Shown here one piece after another: positions 25,491-38,530 of a stretch of 61,209 nt of DNA (position 1 is the first letter of the stretch; every line of letters starts with the position of its first letter). Position numbers and translations under genes: made by a program. Source of the DNA: Ionaspis alba (Eukaryota); assembly GCA_964255285.1 (NCBI GenBank), contig CAXUUL010000023.1:1-61209 (forward strand), read 5' to 3'. The notes under the pieces were generated by a model. The model was not told the origin of the DNA and made no database searches. It saw only the letters and a program-made list of their open reading frames with translations.

Positions 25491-27101
25491 CTGAAAGATT
25501 GTTGCCTCTCTTAGCTCGTGCTTGATAATAGTGACGCTGATGGCCTAAATTGAAACTCCCTAGACGAAGGCATGAGAACACGCTTCAGATTTTTGGTAAA
25601 TACCGATCACGACGCAATGCTTAGCGGTTCCGTCGATATTAATATTGAATATGTATACTTGATAAATCTCAAAATGAATAGCGATCGAAGACGGGGGAAA
25701 TCGGTATAAGATTGACCGGAATTGAATCGCCGGTAACAGGAATTGGGACAATCAATTGAGGGAGCTCCCAGTGAATACTAGAGATAGCCAGTACTTTTTA
25801 AGATTGGTGTTCCAGACAGCAGCCACGACTTAAAGAAAACAGGACGTCTCTTGTCGAAATCAACCCCATATTTTATAGTACAAAAAATAGAAGGATGTCC
25901 ACGGAGGGACGAGTTTTAAAGAGAACGAAAAACAAAACTGAACTACACCTGAGGATTTGCAGATGCGCTTCCGAAGGAAATGCCTTGACCGTAACGGCAG
26001 GGCATCGTGTTAATCACTCGCCAAAGTATCTACGCTTTGCACCAAATATGCTTTGGAGAACATATTAATCAAGTTGCAGTACAGTAAGGAGGTTCTGCAA
26101 CGTCCGTTAAGTTGAATTCCTTACTCTATTAGGAAGGCTTGGCATATTTTTAGACAAATCAGATAATTCGATGAATTTCATATAGAAACCTTGTTGGCAG
26201 AGTTATGTACAACTCCTATGAACGATCTTTTGCCGAGTAGCTACATGGTGTAGTGGCAGAGGACATCGTCGTAGTCTAAGCAGTCAACAAGAACCTCCCT
26301 AGTGCACGGAAACTTACGATACATATCTGATGCTATAGACCCCGTTCTGCCCTCACATCCTAGCTCTAATCCCGCCCTCCCAAATCACCCCGTCTGGATT
26401 ATATCACGAATGCCCCCTAGCTCAGTTTGTTCTTAAGTATTTCAAGCAGAAGGTATTCGTTTACAGGGTCTATCAGCTACATAATCGTGAACTACAGCGG
26501 AAAATATGCCCGTTTGACTTATATGTCATCCTACATTACTAGGTTAGACTACCGTGCCTATGCGCATGATTTGGCCGGGAACAAGCGCCACATAGATCGG
26601 TGGCGCACGTTCAGCAGCATCGCTTACAAGATTTTCTATCACGAGGTAAAGCTCGTCGCCACGGAGCAAGAAATGATGTGAAAAGTAGGCAAAGAAATAC
26701 TGCTATGATGAACTATATCATTTGTCACTTGAAGGACTTCGCATCAAGTGCTGGCGATCTCGAGGTTAGAGAATAGAGTTTGTACTTTAGGGCCGTTCCA
26801 TCTCCGGGGTCTAGAACGCCCAATCCCCCCTCGATTGTTACTGCAACCGACATATCCCCATTCCCCATACAACGCTCTCCTTGCAAACTTCAATGCCGCT
26901 ATCCAATGGTCTGAGGCTTCAATTCGCGTACGTTCGTTTGGACCTCTTGAATAGCTATACGGACTTCACGGACCTCACGAAACTGGGGTGGTTGCGCGCT
27001 GTTGTGCAGCCGATTCTACGGCTATACTCAATCAAGAATTGACTCTCCGACGTATCTCTTCCAGTACTCAGATCGAACCACAGCGACCCTCACGACCTCA
27101 T

Positions 27102-30100
27102 ATGATGCCCAGTCCGGGTCCAAACCGCGACTCGGACTCACTGCCAGCATCCGCAAGCTTAGGAGACTTCGAACAATACCCGACGCTGAAACAATCCCTC
27201 TCTGCCTCCCTCGCATCCAATTTCCACTATTCGCCTTCCAAATCGGACGATTTCGAAAAATCACCAAATAATGTCCTCCCTCCACCGGGCTTCAATAGGG
27301 GGAGTCCGACGTCGTTGCATCGGGCAGCATCCAAAGCACAGCCTACGGCCGACGTCGCCTTGACAGCTTGGAAATATCTACCTACACCTGTACTCGTTCT
27401 ATCAAGCTCTAAGACCGTGGTGCTGGCTAGTGAGGCGATGGGACATATTCTACCTTCTTTCAGCACAAGACAAGAGGATGGGATTGAACATGGCGGCAAT
27501 CGAGAACTCAGTATCAGTGAGGAGCTCTGCGGAAAATCCTTATCAGAGATAGGTGTGGGTGTTATAGAGGATGGTCATCCTATACTGGTCAGCTGGGATA
27601 GATATTTAGATGGCATCACCGGCGATACGGACGACCCATTACCGGAGAAAGGCGAGCCTCCACCCCATTTATCCCCCGAACCCCTTGGTCAACCAGATAC
27701 GCCTATCAGCCCTCTGAAGGCGGATGTACAGGACTTCTCGCCACGGAATGGGAAAAGCAGGCACAACAGTAGCCCGAGAAAAAGACACCTTAAACCTCGT
27801 AACCTCGCTGTTGACGTCGTCCTCACCTCTCGTTTTCGAGCCATTCAAGGCGTCAGCCACGGATTTTATTTGTCTGACAAGCAGATAAATGCGAAGATGC
27901 ACGTCTCTACCTGGTATCTAGACAAGAACCGATATTACACTTTGTCCTTCACACCTAATCCTAGTACCCCTGATATAGCCAATTCACCACGGCCGAGAAA
28001 GTCGTCGCAGATCACCAGGCCATCATTGATACCAGCCTCGATTCAAACACGCCCCAATCAGATCTCAGCAAGAAGCTCCTCTGACTCCCAGTCGAATGGC
28101 ACAAACGCCGCGTCTCCTGCCGCTAATCCACTTCGTGATCTATCACCTCTGGCCTCTCCAACGTCACAACTCGGAAGCCCGTTCTCCGCCGACGGCACTA
28201 CCGAGCCTACAATGTCGGAAAAGCTTTCGAGGATGAAGGACGCGATCCTCAGTAGCATGCAAATCCCCGTCTTCGCAATGTGGAAAGACGAGAGTCTGGT
28301 CTATCCCAATGAGGCGGGCGTGAGAATGATGCGTGGCACTCTGTATGGACCACAGGATGAGCCTCAAGTGGAGGAGCCACACTTCACTTGCTGGACGGAG
28401 GACTTTGAAAGAGAACTTAGAGAGGATGAGTACCCCATTACTCAGCTTTGTAGGTCGCAGGATCCTACCCAAAAGTGGCGGATTGGTGTCAAGGATCCGA
28501 GACGGGGGAATGTGATCTTCGATGTTACTGGAGAAGGTATTTACGACGAGAAGAACGGGGAGTTCATCGCTGGAATGATTACAATGAAGGATGTAACGGA
28601 TTATCTGGGAAGGATAAAACTACAGTCTGAAGAGAATGAACAGCAGTTTCAGTTGATATGCGATACTATGCCACAGCTCGTATGTTGGAATACCCTTGTC
28701 TTCAGATGGCGTCTCCAGGCTGATATTGTCGATTGATAGCTTTGGACAACCACACCCACTGGTGCTCATGGTGAGTTTGAATCTTCTCGAGTGTTAACGA
28801 AACCCGTGGCTGATTGTGACCATTTCAGATTGGTTTTCGAAGCGGTGGTATGAATATACCGGCATGGATCCAGATCATTCGTTGGGGCTAGGGTGGCAGA
28901 ATCCGTTCCACGAACAAGACTTGGTAAACGATTCCGGCACCTGACCTTCAATGCGCTCCTGCTAATCCGAAAACTCCAAGCCTGAATCGATCAAACGCTG
29001 GACTCACAGTCTGAGAACGGGCGAGGAGTACTCGACAGAGTATAGATGTAAGAGGCACGATGGAGCTTGGCGATGGATGTTAGGCCGAGCATTGCCACTC
29101 CGTGACACGCATACAGGCAAGATTGTCAAGTGGTTCGGAACGTGCACAGACATCCACGATCTCGTTGAAGCTCGACAAGCTGCAAAACGGACACGAGAAC
29201 AATTGCTCAATGTCATCAAACACGCTCAAGTCACCGTCTGGGCTGTTGATCGGGACCGGAAGCTGACATTCCTAGAGGGCAAGCTGTTGTGGGATGAGGA
29301 TGAGAAGGATATAGAGTACGACAGTATTGGCCAGAGCATCTACGATGTATTCACTAGGCATAAAGGCCAGGTCGATTTGCCTCTTTGGAAGGAGCCTATC
29401 GAAGCGATTTTGAGCGGTGAACCGACCGAACAGACTTCTGAGCACCATATTGATGGCAATGGTCGTTGGTTCCGGTCTCGTTTCATCCCAATTTTGGGCA
29501 AGAAACGGCATGGAGGAACTCTCGACGAAAAATATGTCGATGGAGTAGTCGGCATATCTATGGATGTGACGGAACTTAAAGATCGTGAAGCCGAACTCCA
29601 TTCACAGGAAAGGGAGAATATCAGACTGCTCTCCGCTGAGACTGCCGCCAAGGAGGCGAGCAGACTAAAGAGTCAATTTTTGGCAAACATGAGCCATGAG
29701 ATTCGTACACCTATTGCGGGTACGATCGGGATGACGGAGCTGCTACTGGACACTAAGCTGGATGATGAGCAACGGGAGTGCGCTGAGAACATTCAGAGGT
29801 CAGCCAATGGCTTGTTGACTGTGATCAATGATATTTTGGACCTATCCAAAGTTGAGTCCGGACGACTCGACATCGAGGAGGTACAGTTCAGTCTCTCCGT
29901 TGTCGTACAAGATGTTTGCAAGATGCTGTCATTCGCCGCTGAGAGAAAGAATCTCGAGTTCAAGAGCGATATTCGTGTGGGAGTCTACGAGGACCTAGTG
30001 GTGCTAGGTGACCCAGGACGATGTCGCCAAATCCTGACGAATCTGCTTACCAATAGTATCAAGTTCACTTCCGAAGGCTGGGTTGAGCTTTCTGTGGAAG

Positions 30101-31661
30101 TCGGTTCTGAGAACGATGACAGTATCGAAGTGCAATTCACGGTTGAGGATACTGGAATCGGTATCGAAGAAGAAATTCGGAAAAAGCTGTTTAAACCTTT
30201 CAGTCAAGCTGATTCCAGTACGGCTCGAAGATTTGGCGGTACTGGTCTTGGCTTGGCTATTTGCAAGAATGTTAGTATTGGGTTGAAATGACTGTCGTAT
30301 TAGCTTTACTAACGATTTATCAGCTCGTTGATTTGATGCATGGTCGAATCACTCTGGAATCTGCTCTCGGATCTGGGACCAAGGCGACTTTTAGTATACC
30401 TTTTAAGAAGCCAGAATACAGGAGTGGATCTGCTCCTCTTGTTGATCTAGGTGCGATACCGGACCGGTTGAGATCAGAGTTGTCGGTATCGGGTTGTGCA
30501 TCGGATCAGAAGAGTGGTAGCGGCAGTCCTCCCCCAAGTCCATTCGTGGCTCCTGATGGTCTCAAAAACCACCGAAAACAGCCCTCTGAAGCAAGGCCGC
30601 CACTGACACCGACAGTAATAGACACCGAAACGAACTTGACTGAGGCAGAGCGCAAGAAGATCAATGTCTTGGTTGTGGAGGATAATGCTATTAATCAACA
30701 AATTGCCTTGAAGACAATCAAGAAGCTTGGGTTCTCAGTCAGCGCTGTTTGGAACGGTCGAGAAGCTCTCGACTATCTTCTCGAGCCGTCCACCGCGGAA
30801 CATCCCAGGCCGGATGTAATTCTAATGGACGTTCAAATGCCCGTCTTGGACGGCTATCGCGCAACCCACCTCATCCGTCACCACCACCCCTACTCCTCCC
30901 TCCCGGGCCTAAAAGCCGTCCCTATCGTCGCCATGACCGCCTCCGCCATCCAAGGCGATCGCGAAAAGTGCCAAAGAGCCGGTATGGACGACTACCTCGC
31001 GAAGCCCGTGAAAGGCAAAACGCTCGAGAAAATGCTCGTGAAATGGGCACTCAAAAGCAAGCACAACTTCCGCTCCGAAAGCTACAGCTCCAACCACACC
31101 GAGCACGACTCCAACTGCTCCCACCACGGCCGCTCCCCTTCACCTCCAACACAAGTCTTGCCCCTTCGCTCTATCGATTCCTCAAACGACAGTCTCCGCA
31201 ACGCCGCCTTCGCCGATCGCAGTCGTCTCCCTGGCCCCGAATCCGAAGGCGACAGAGGCATGCAGCGTGTCGAAGCCGAAGACAAAGCCCGTGCCCTCCG
31301 CGACGACAAGCTGATTACAGCCGCTGAAAAAACAAACGTGCGACACACCTCACCGTCGGTCCCGCGTACCATGAGTCCACCCACCGCCGCCCTGACGGAG
31401 GAGAATGTGGGGAAACATGTCAAGGAGCAGCTGAATGCGGATCCTACGTCGCCGCGGCAGGGGCCGTTGGGCGTGCAGCCGTCGGAGAGGTTGTCGAGTT
31501 CGAGTCTGGAGGTTGAGGCGAGGCCGGGAAGTCCGGTCAGTACGATTGGGAGTTTGAGGGGCGTGGAGGGTAGGAGGCCGGAGAGGAAAGGCATTAGTAG
31601 GAACGATAGTGATTGGAGTGAGAGGACCGTTACTGCTAAGATGGAGAGGCATGGTTCATGA
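27102..31661 (+). CDS. Hybrid two-component histidine kinase with PAS/PAC sensor domains (group V-like)
   Basis: [25 protein letters not shown]-box [14 protein letters not shown]-box [26 protein letters not shown]; receiver [22 protein letters not shown]. Introns about 28680-28739, 28771-28828, 28923-28980 and 30271-30323. No transmembrane segment seen. Confidence 0.93.
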
Positions 31662-32503
31662 GATTGATGATGATGATGGGTTTGGGAAGGAATTGTTGCA
31701 TTTTCTATGCGTAGGGGTAAGGGGTTGTTTGGGGTGTTTAGGTGGGGAATGGGCAACGAGCATGAGGATCTACGGGACTGGATAAAAATGCTCCTGGGTC
31801 TGACTGTACATAGAAATGTCAGGGATTTGGTGGGTGCCGACTTGAAGAAGTGAAATAATTGGGCTTCTAAGAGGATCGTGAACTTCACCTTTGCTTCATA
31901 CACGTGAATGAGCCGAGGGATACCAGTGGAGGAAGAATGACAACAATGGACAATCCTCCCTCCTTCAAATCGATGAGCGATGGTCTTCACACCATGTGGA
32001 GTGATCATAGCCCATCGTCCCAGTTATAGGCAGTGGTGGCACCTTCCCGAATGTTATGGCTATAATACCTTGAAGACCACGTCTTTGTTTAGTCTGGGCT
32101 TCGGCGGTAATCGCTGAGAGAGGATAAGAGGACGTCCTCTAATATTCAGAGACTTGGATACCCAAGCATGGCTAGATCCAACGATCCTTTGCCATTCGTA
32201 AGAACTAAGAGGAAGAGTAACGCCGTCCCTAATGGTTTGGTGACAAATGGTTGTGCTACCTCAGTGAGATAAATGTCAGATAGCCCCACTATAATCCTCT
32301 AGATTCGTATCTACAGCATTTCGTACAGGTCTAGTCATCAGGATAGATATTTGGTCATTGCATCCCCTTTTCTTCTGTCACTGTCCTCTCGTACCTTCTA
32401 CGGCATCATTCCTATCTCGTAACACAGTTCAGTACCTACACTGCTCGCAGTCATAGCTTCCTCACGCCTCGCTCACCTCTCATCTACCCTCATAAAGGCG
32501 ACC

Positions 32504-33809
32504 ATGGGAGGAGGTCCAGATCAAGCTCCCGAGCACCTGCTCATTACGCTCCCATTTCCTGAGCCAAAGCCGATAATCGACAGGATCAAGAAAGAGTTCC
32601 CGTACATCAAGATTACATATCGAGACTCGACCACAAATAAGGATTTTGAGAATCTGACTGATAGCGTTCCCATTGGCACGAGAAGATGAACCTTCTACTA
32701 GAGAGATGCAGAAACTGATAAGTTCCAGAGCTTTGGCGCGATGCCACACTGCTCGTCACCCTCTCCGCTCTCCCTCCAACGCCTGAAGACTGCCCCAATC
32801 TCAGTACGTCCAACCTCATCCTTACAAGCCAGTCTCGACTAACACCCACCTAGAACTAATCCACTTCTTCTCCGCCGGCACAAACCACATCGCCACCCAC
32901 CCCATCTACACCTCATCCACCATCCCCCTCACCACCTCCTCCGGCATCCACGGCCCCACAATCGCCGAATGGGTCCTCATGACCGCTCTCGTCTCCTCCC
33001 ACGACTACAACTCTCTCCACGACGGACAAAAAGCGCATCGATGGGTCAAATCCGACCAGCAAATAGCACGCCTCCGCTCCATCCACGACAAAGTCGGCCA
33101 ACGGCTCGGCGTCCTCGGGTACGGCAGCATCGGGCGGCAAGTCGCCAGGGTGGCCAAAGCAATGGGCATGGACGTCTACGCCTACACCGCCAGTCCGCGC
33201 AAGACGGCAGAGAGCAAGAAGGACCACGGGTTCATCGTCCCCGGCACGGGGGATCCCGACGGCACGATCCCGAGCAAGTGGTTCAGCGGCCTGGATAAAG
33301 AGAGTTTACACCGTTTCTTGGGGCAGGATCTCGACTGGCTGATCGTGAGCGTGCCTCTGACGAACGATACCCGGTATTTTCTCGGCAAGCAGGAATTCGA
33401 CATCCTGGCCAAGAAAAACGCTTTCCTGAGTAACATTTCCCGCGGTCAGATACTCGTCCAAGACGATCTCATCTCAGCATTGGAAGCCTATGCGCAAGAC
33501 CAACCTGGATCTGCGGCACCGACCCCAGCGGTTGCGTCGGTCGAGGGCGAGGAGACGGCCGTTGTGGTCGAGGGCCAGGGCGAGAAACGCAAGGGTTTGA
33601 GGGGCGCGGCGTTGGATGTTACGGATCCGGAACCCCTGCCTGAGGATAGCAGGCTGTGGGATGCGCCGAATTGTATCGTCACGCCGCATATTTCGGGGCT
33701 GGGGTCCGCGTATGCGGATCGAGCATTTCAGGTGCTGGAGGTTAATTTGGGGAGGAGGGAGAGGGGGGAGAGTTTGATTAATGTGGTGGATCGGAAGAGG
33801 GGTTATTAG
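32504..33809 (+). CDS. D-isomer-specific 2-hydroxyacid dehydrogenase
   Basis: HFFSAG, SGIHGPTIAEW, GYGSIG, NISRG, AALDVTDPEPLP, VTPHISG. Introns 32676-32728 (GC-AG) and 32804-32853. Confidence 0.92.
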
Positions 33810-34744
33810 GGTTGGGTGATGGTTTGAGGTGATTGGTAGGAGGTGGGATAAGAGTTGGAGAAATGGAGGAGGGGTGATGGAGATTTATTGGGGTCGGCAT
33901 CTGGCGAAAGGGTTTGGCAGAATTTAGAGAGAGCTGGGACAACGATGCAAGGGCTGTGGCATAGATAGGCCTTGAGAGTCTTGGACCGGAGTTCTGGTGT
34001 TCAGGCTGGTTGGCTAGAGCTCGATTGATAGATAGAAGACACCCATTTGAGAGGCTACTTGAAAAGGAGCAGCGGAATCTCATGCGAGAAAGGAAAGTCT
34101 CCATACTACCTTTATGGGTTGAGTCTACATTTTGTAGGACATCGCTTGACCCGAGGGGGAAGCTTGGCGGCAAAGGGAGATTGGTAGGTGTGGGTCAAGG
34201 ATAGTTGCCCTAAGTCAACATGGTCCAACAGTCATTATCAAGAAAGCTGTGACAACCAGCTGAACCAAGAATGCTCTTACCATCTTGTCCAAGTACCGTC
34301 AGCCATAAGTCACGTCCTACCCATTCAAAGCTGGTAACAAGAAAAGTTTTCAACAGCGAAACCACTAAATGCAAGCGCAATAGCAAGTTCAAGGGGAGTC
34401 CTACAGGCTGAGAAATCTGTGCCAATGACTTGATCCGGTATAGCATTCTCACTGTCGTGAGCCTCACTATCGCAAAGACGATGTTGCAAAAGCATGAGCA
34501 ATAGATAGAAGAGATCATCCCATCTTCATTACAAGTAGTATAATCTAGTCTAAACAACAGACAATGTAACGAAGTCTCTCCATCCAATGATAAGGACACT
34601 AAATCCTCTCTGATCCCCATTAAAATGCCCCAAAAATGCAACGCCATCTATATGTGTTTCCACTTTTCCCAATCCACAACTCCTTCTCTACTCCTCATCT
34701 CCATCATCTCTCTCTTCCCCCATCTCGTCTCTTGGCGAGATCGT

Positions 34745-36917
34745 TCAACTCCATCCAGCATTATACGACTGGCACCGGCTGGAGCTAGCCTTCTTGTTCG
34801 CAGCCACGCAGTCCGATTTCTGGTTGATGCACTTGGTGTTGGCCGTATCATAAGTGTCGTCATTGGTCTTGCTAGAGTCATCGCCGCCGTCACGCTTGCG
34901 ACGAGAGTCCTTCTTGCTGTCGCTCTTGCTGTCGCTCTTGCTGTCAGTCTTATTATCCTTGCTCTTCTTGCTGGTAGCATAGCTTCCAACACAAGCATTG
35001 TACTGCACGGTACAAGCATCCGAGCAAGCACTAACGATGTTGTCGCGAGTGTACGAGCGGCATGCGGTACTCTCCTCGTCTTCGTACAGCTTGAACGGGT
35101 GCTGGTTGTAGTCGCTTGCAAGATCGTTGCAAGTGAGATAAGGGAGCTCGATGCCACCAACAGACTGATCGTTCTCGTATCCCGAGCCGGCCTTGCCAGT
35201 GGGCTTCGCGCAGACGTTGGTCGCCGTGGGCGGGACACAGCTTGAGGTTGTCGCTGGCGCGGTGGTTGTCGCGGTGCAGACACCCGGGGTGGAGGTAGGG
35301 CCACCTGCAGGGGGGTTGGAGGCAAAGCAGTCGGACTTGCTGCACTTGGGGCCGGAGCAGGTGTTTGTGCAGTAGACGGAAATGTTGTCGCAGAAGGACT
35401 GGAAGTTGCTGCACGATGGCGATGAGTCGCCGGCCTTCTTGTAGCAGTCGGAGACCTGGAGCTTGCACTTGGCGTGGGCTTTCTTGCAGCCGGCCTGGTC
35501 TTTGAAGTCGGGGACGGGCTTGGAGCAGAATTTGCCAACGCAGTATTCGGAGGTTGGGGCGGGTGCCGTGGTGGTGCATTGGGAGGCGGTCGTGGTGCTA
35601 GTTGTCAAGGTGGTTGTGGCCTTAGTGGTGGTGCTCGTGGTGCTCACTGTAGTGGAAGTGGATGAAGGAGCGGTAGATGTAGTGGTCTTGGAGGTAGTGG
35701 TGGTGGATGTAGGAGTAGTTGTTGTAGTGGTGGTGGTGGAAGTGGANNNNNNNNNNNNNNNNNNNNNNNNNNNNNNNNNNNNNNNNNNNNNNNNNNNNNN
35801 NNNNNNNNNNNNNNNNNNNNNNNNNNNNNNNNNNNNNNNNNNNNNNGTAGTGGTGGTGGATGTAGGAGTAGTTGTTGTAGTGGTGGTGGTGGAAGTGGAT
35901 GAAGGAGTCGTCGATGTAGTGCTCGTTGTGGTGGTGGTGGTGGTCGACGTAGTGGACGTGGTGGAGGCAGTGGAAGTAGTGCTGGTGGTGCTGGTGGTGG
36001 ATGGTGTGGGAAGAGTAGACGCGACGGAGGTGGTGGTTGGGGTAGTAGCAGCAGTGGTCGAGCTGACCGATGGTGACGGGGAGACAGTCGGCGAAGGCTG
36101 AACAGCTGGTCCACAAGGGGCAGCTTCTTGAAGATCTGAGGCAACGTAGAGATTGAGGTAGTTGGAGCCACCGCACATCTCGGCCTGGTTGCCGCTGCAA
36201 GGAGCATTGCAGTTGGATTCGTCGGCCTTGACACTGCCATTACCAACGACAACACCACAGTAACATCTGAAGACTGTGTCAGTGAAAGACTCAAGCAAAA
36301 GTCAGTGCGCATGACACATACTCGCCGTGGTACTCGGTGGCTGCAAGAGGGTAATTGGCGAGCTTGCAGGTCTGGAGACAGCTCTCAGTGGTCATGGTAT
36401 CAAAGTCGACTGGCTGCTGGAAGTTGATAGCACGTCCATTGTAACCCTCAGAATAGCAACCAAGGTTTGCGTAGTCATTAATAGTGGTGTAATCGACCTT
36501 GGGGAAAGTAGGATCCTGGTAGATTGAAACACGATCATACCCACCACAAGTCTGACCTTGGTTGGCACTGCAGGGATAGTTGCATTCAGCCTGTGGGGCA
36601 GGTGAACTCCGGACGGAGTTTCCGCAGAAGCACTGTCCGTAATACTCGAGCCCAGCATAGCGGAAGCCATTGGCCTTGCAAGACGCTGTGCACTTCTCCA
36701 CAGTCATTGACTGGAAGTCCAGGTCTGTAGCGTAGTCCAAGGCACGATTGGGGATCGAAGGATCGACGTAGCACCCTACATAGTCGAAGGGTGTGTAGGG
36801 ATAGCTGCAAGGTGCTTGAGGGGGATAGTTGGTACGACGCTCAATGGCAGCACCATTAACAGCTGAAGTAAGGAAAGAAGTCGCCAAAGTGGCAGACAAG
36901 ATGGTAAAGCCGGCCAT
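34745..36917 (-). CDS. Secreted WSC-domain protein: two WSC domains, Thr-rich stalk and Cys-rich C-terminal modules
   Basis: Signal-like N-terminus MAGFTILSATLATSFLTSAVNG. WSC motifs YVGCYVD..MTVEKC..YAGLEYYGQCFCGN..CGG and LGCYSE..MTTESC..ECYCG..CGG. Intron 36267-36321; poly-Thr linker interrupted by a gap. Confidence 0.9.
35694..35899. repeat. Identical 53-bp sequence on both sides of a 100-N gap within the Thr-codon low-complexity tract
   Basis: 35694-35746 equals 35847-35899; N run at 35747-35846. Confidence 0.9.
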
Positions 36918-38530
36918 GATAGCGAGTCTCAAGGCAGGAGTGGTAGAAGAGTAGTAGTGTTAAGAGAGTGAAAGACCGAGATGATCAGATAAAAATATAA
37001 GGGAGTCCCAAAGGTGTTATATACAAGGGAGACGGTAAACTCATCCGAGGAGATGAAGCTGCTTGGCTTGCTCATGGTGAGCTCGCCTCAATGGCCAGAC
37101 CATGTTGGCAATATTGTGGGGAAGAATTGGCTCAACATGCCGAAAGGAGAGGAGAAGCTACTCCAAAACCTGGCTCGAAGTAGTCTAGGGACGTCTTCGA
37201 GAACGTTTCGCCACAGTTCTCAGTCTCTATTTGGGTTAGTCTCCAGGTACCAGGGACCAAAGTCATGTGGCCCAAGGTCCATGCTAAGACATTCACCAGG
37301 TACGAGCCTCAATTAGGAGACACTGGTGGATGAGTTTTGTACGCATCAATGTTCAGTCTCCACAGCACACTCTTCAAACATCTATGACGCGGTCAGCCAC
37401 CATAGCTGAGATCTGCAGTACATGTTCATCGCAGCTGGAACCTCGGGCGATTATTTGCATTTCTTCACTTCGAGGCTGAAATGCAGCTTTATTGAAAGGA
37501 AATTGTTCATGTGCTTTGGGGAGATAAATTAAGGTTTCCGTGCTGCGCCACGAGGGGCGCTAATGCCGAAGCCATCTAGCGCCGGACCGCTGCCGCTGGC
37601 GTGAACATGCACGAACCGAGGTGACAGAATCAGGAACAGTACCCCTTGACCGAATCCCGAAGTAGGCAATAATAATTGATTGGGACAAATCTTCAGCTAT
37701 TGGCAAAGAACTTTCCTCAATTAGGTGCGTAAAGCCCCCTGTCTATTAAGAATGGGTTGTCCCATGCAAGAACTGTTTCTATGTGTCATGACATCCACCC
37801 CATCAGTTCTAGGATTTGTGCACCAGTCTCTTGTCCTTTTCTGCGCATATCGAGTGCTACATCTTAACTTGGCGTTAAGCATGTGCGAGGTCAGCGATGT
37901 GCCTTTCAATAACGTGTGCCGCATAGCGAAGTCAAGAAGTACGCTCCACTTGATACTGGCCCGACAAGTGGAAGCTGGGTGCTCAATCAGAACCTTGTCA
38001 GCCTCATAAGCTGTCGAACACGGTCAATCGGCCCCACAGTAGGTCTCTTGTGCTCTTGGCTCCTATCATTGCTACTCGTGGCAAGATCAACCGGTCATCG
38101 GCCTTGGCAGCTGCAGTCGGTGTCGGCGCTGCGTTACAAATGCGCCCCCTCGTAGAGCATATCTGCAGTGTCATCGATTTTGTGGCGTTGAGGTCCGGTC
38201 TCGTAGGAGGATCCGGCTTTCGCTGAACTTTGCCCTAGATATAATTTAGGCGTGGTCGAGGGTCCAGTCCTTTGTCTGCGCAGAGATCTTTCTAACTCAA
38301 GACGTTGCGCACTCTTTGCAATACTAAGCGTGGCTCCGACTGTTCCGATCTGGATCTCGAGAGCGCCATCTCGAGAGTGATATACCGGCATTTGATCTGC
38401 ATATTTCCGCGCATGCAAGACACCACGTGCGATGGCATGCTGGTTGGATGGACTATACGTGCATATGGAACGGCAATGCTGCTACATCGCCGACGGTGGC
38501 TGCAAGCCGTCCCACATGATTGAATGCATC

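Noticed and set aside
26427..26681. 84-aa ORF with faint alpha/beta-hydrolase resemblance (YSGKYARL..YAHDLAG)
   Set aside because: No ATG start, no GxSxG and no continuation; likely chance in AT-rich intergenic DNA.
31082..32008. 308-aa antisense ORF over the kinase 3' end, and similar antisense ORFs over other genes
   Set aside because: Shadow ORFs expected from biased codon usage; no domain features.
35463..36312. Poly-Val, poly-His and poly-Pro ORFs
   Set aside because: Alternative frames of the Thr-codon tract in the WSC gene.
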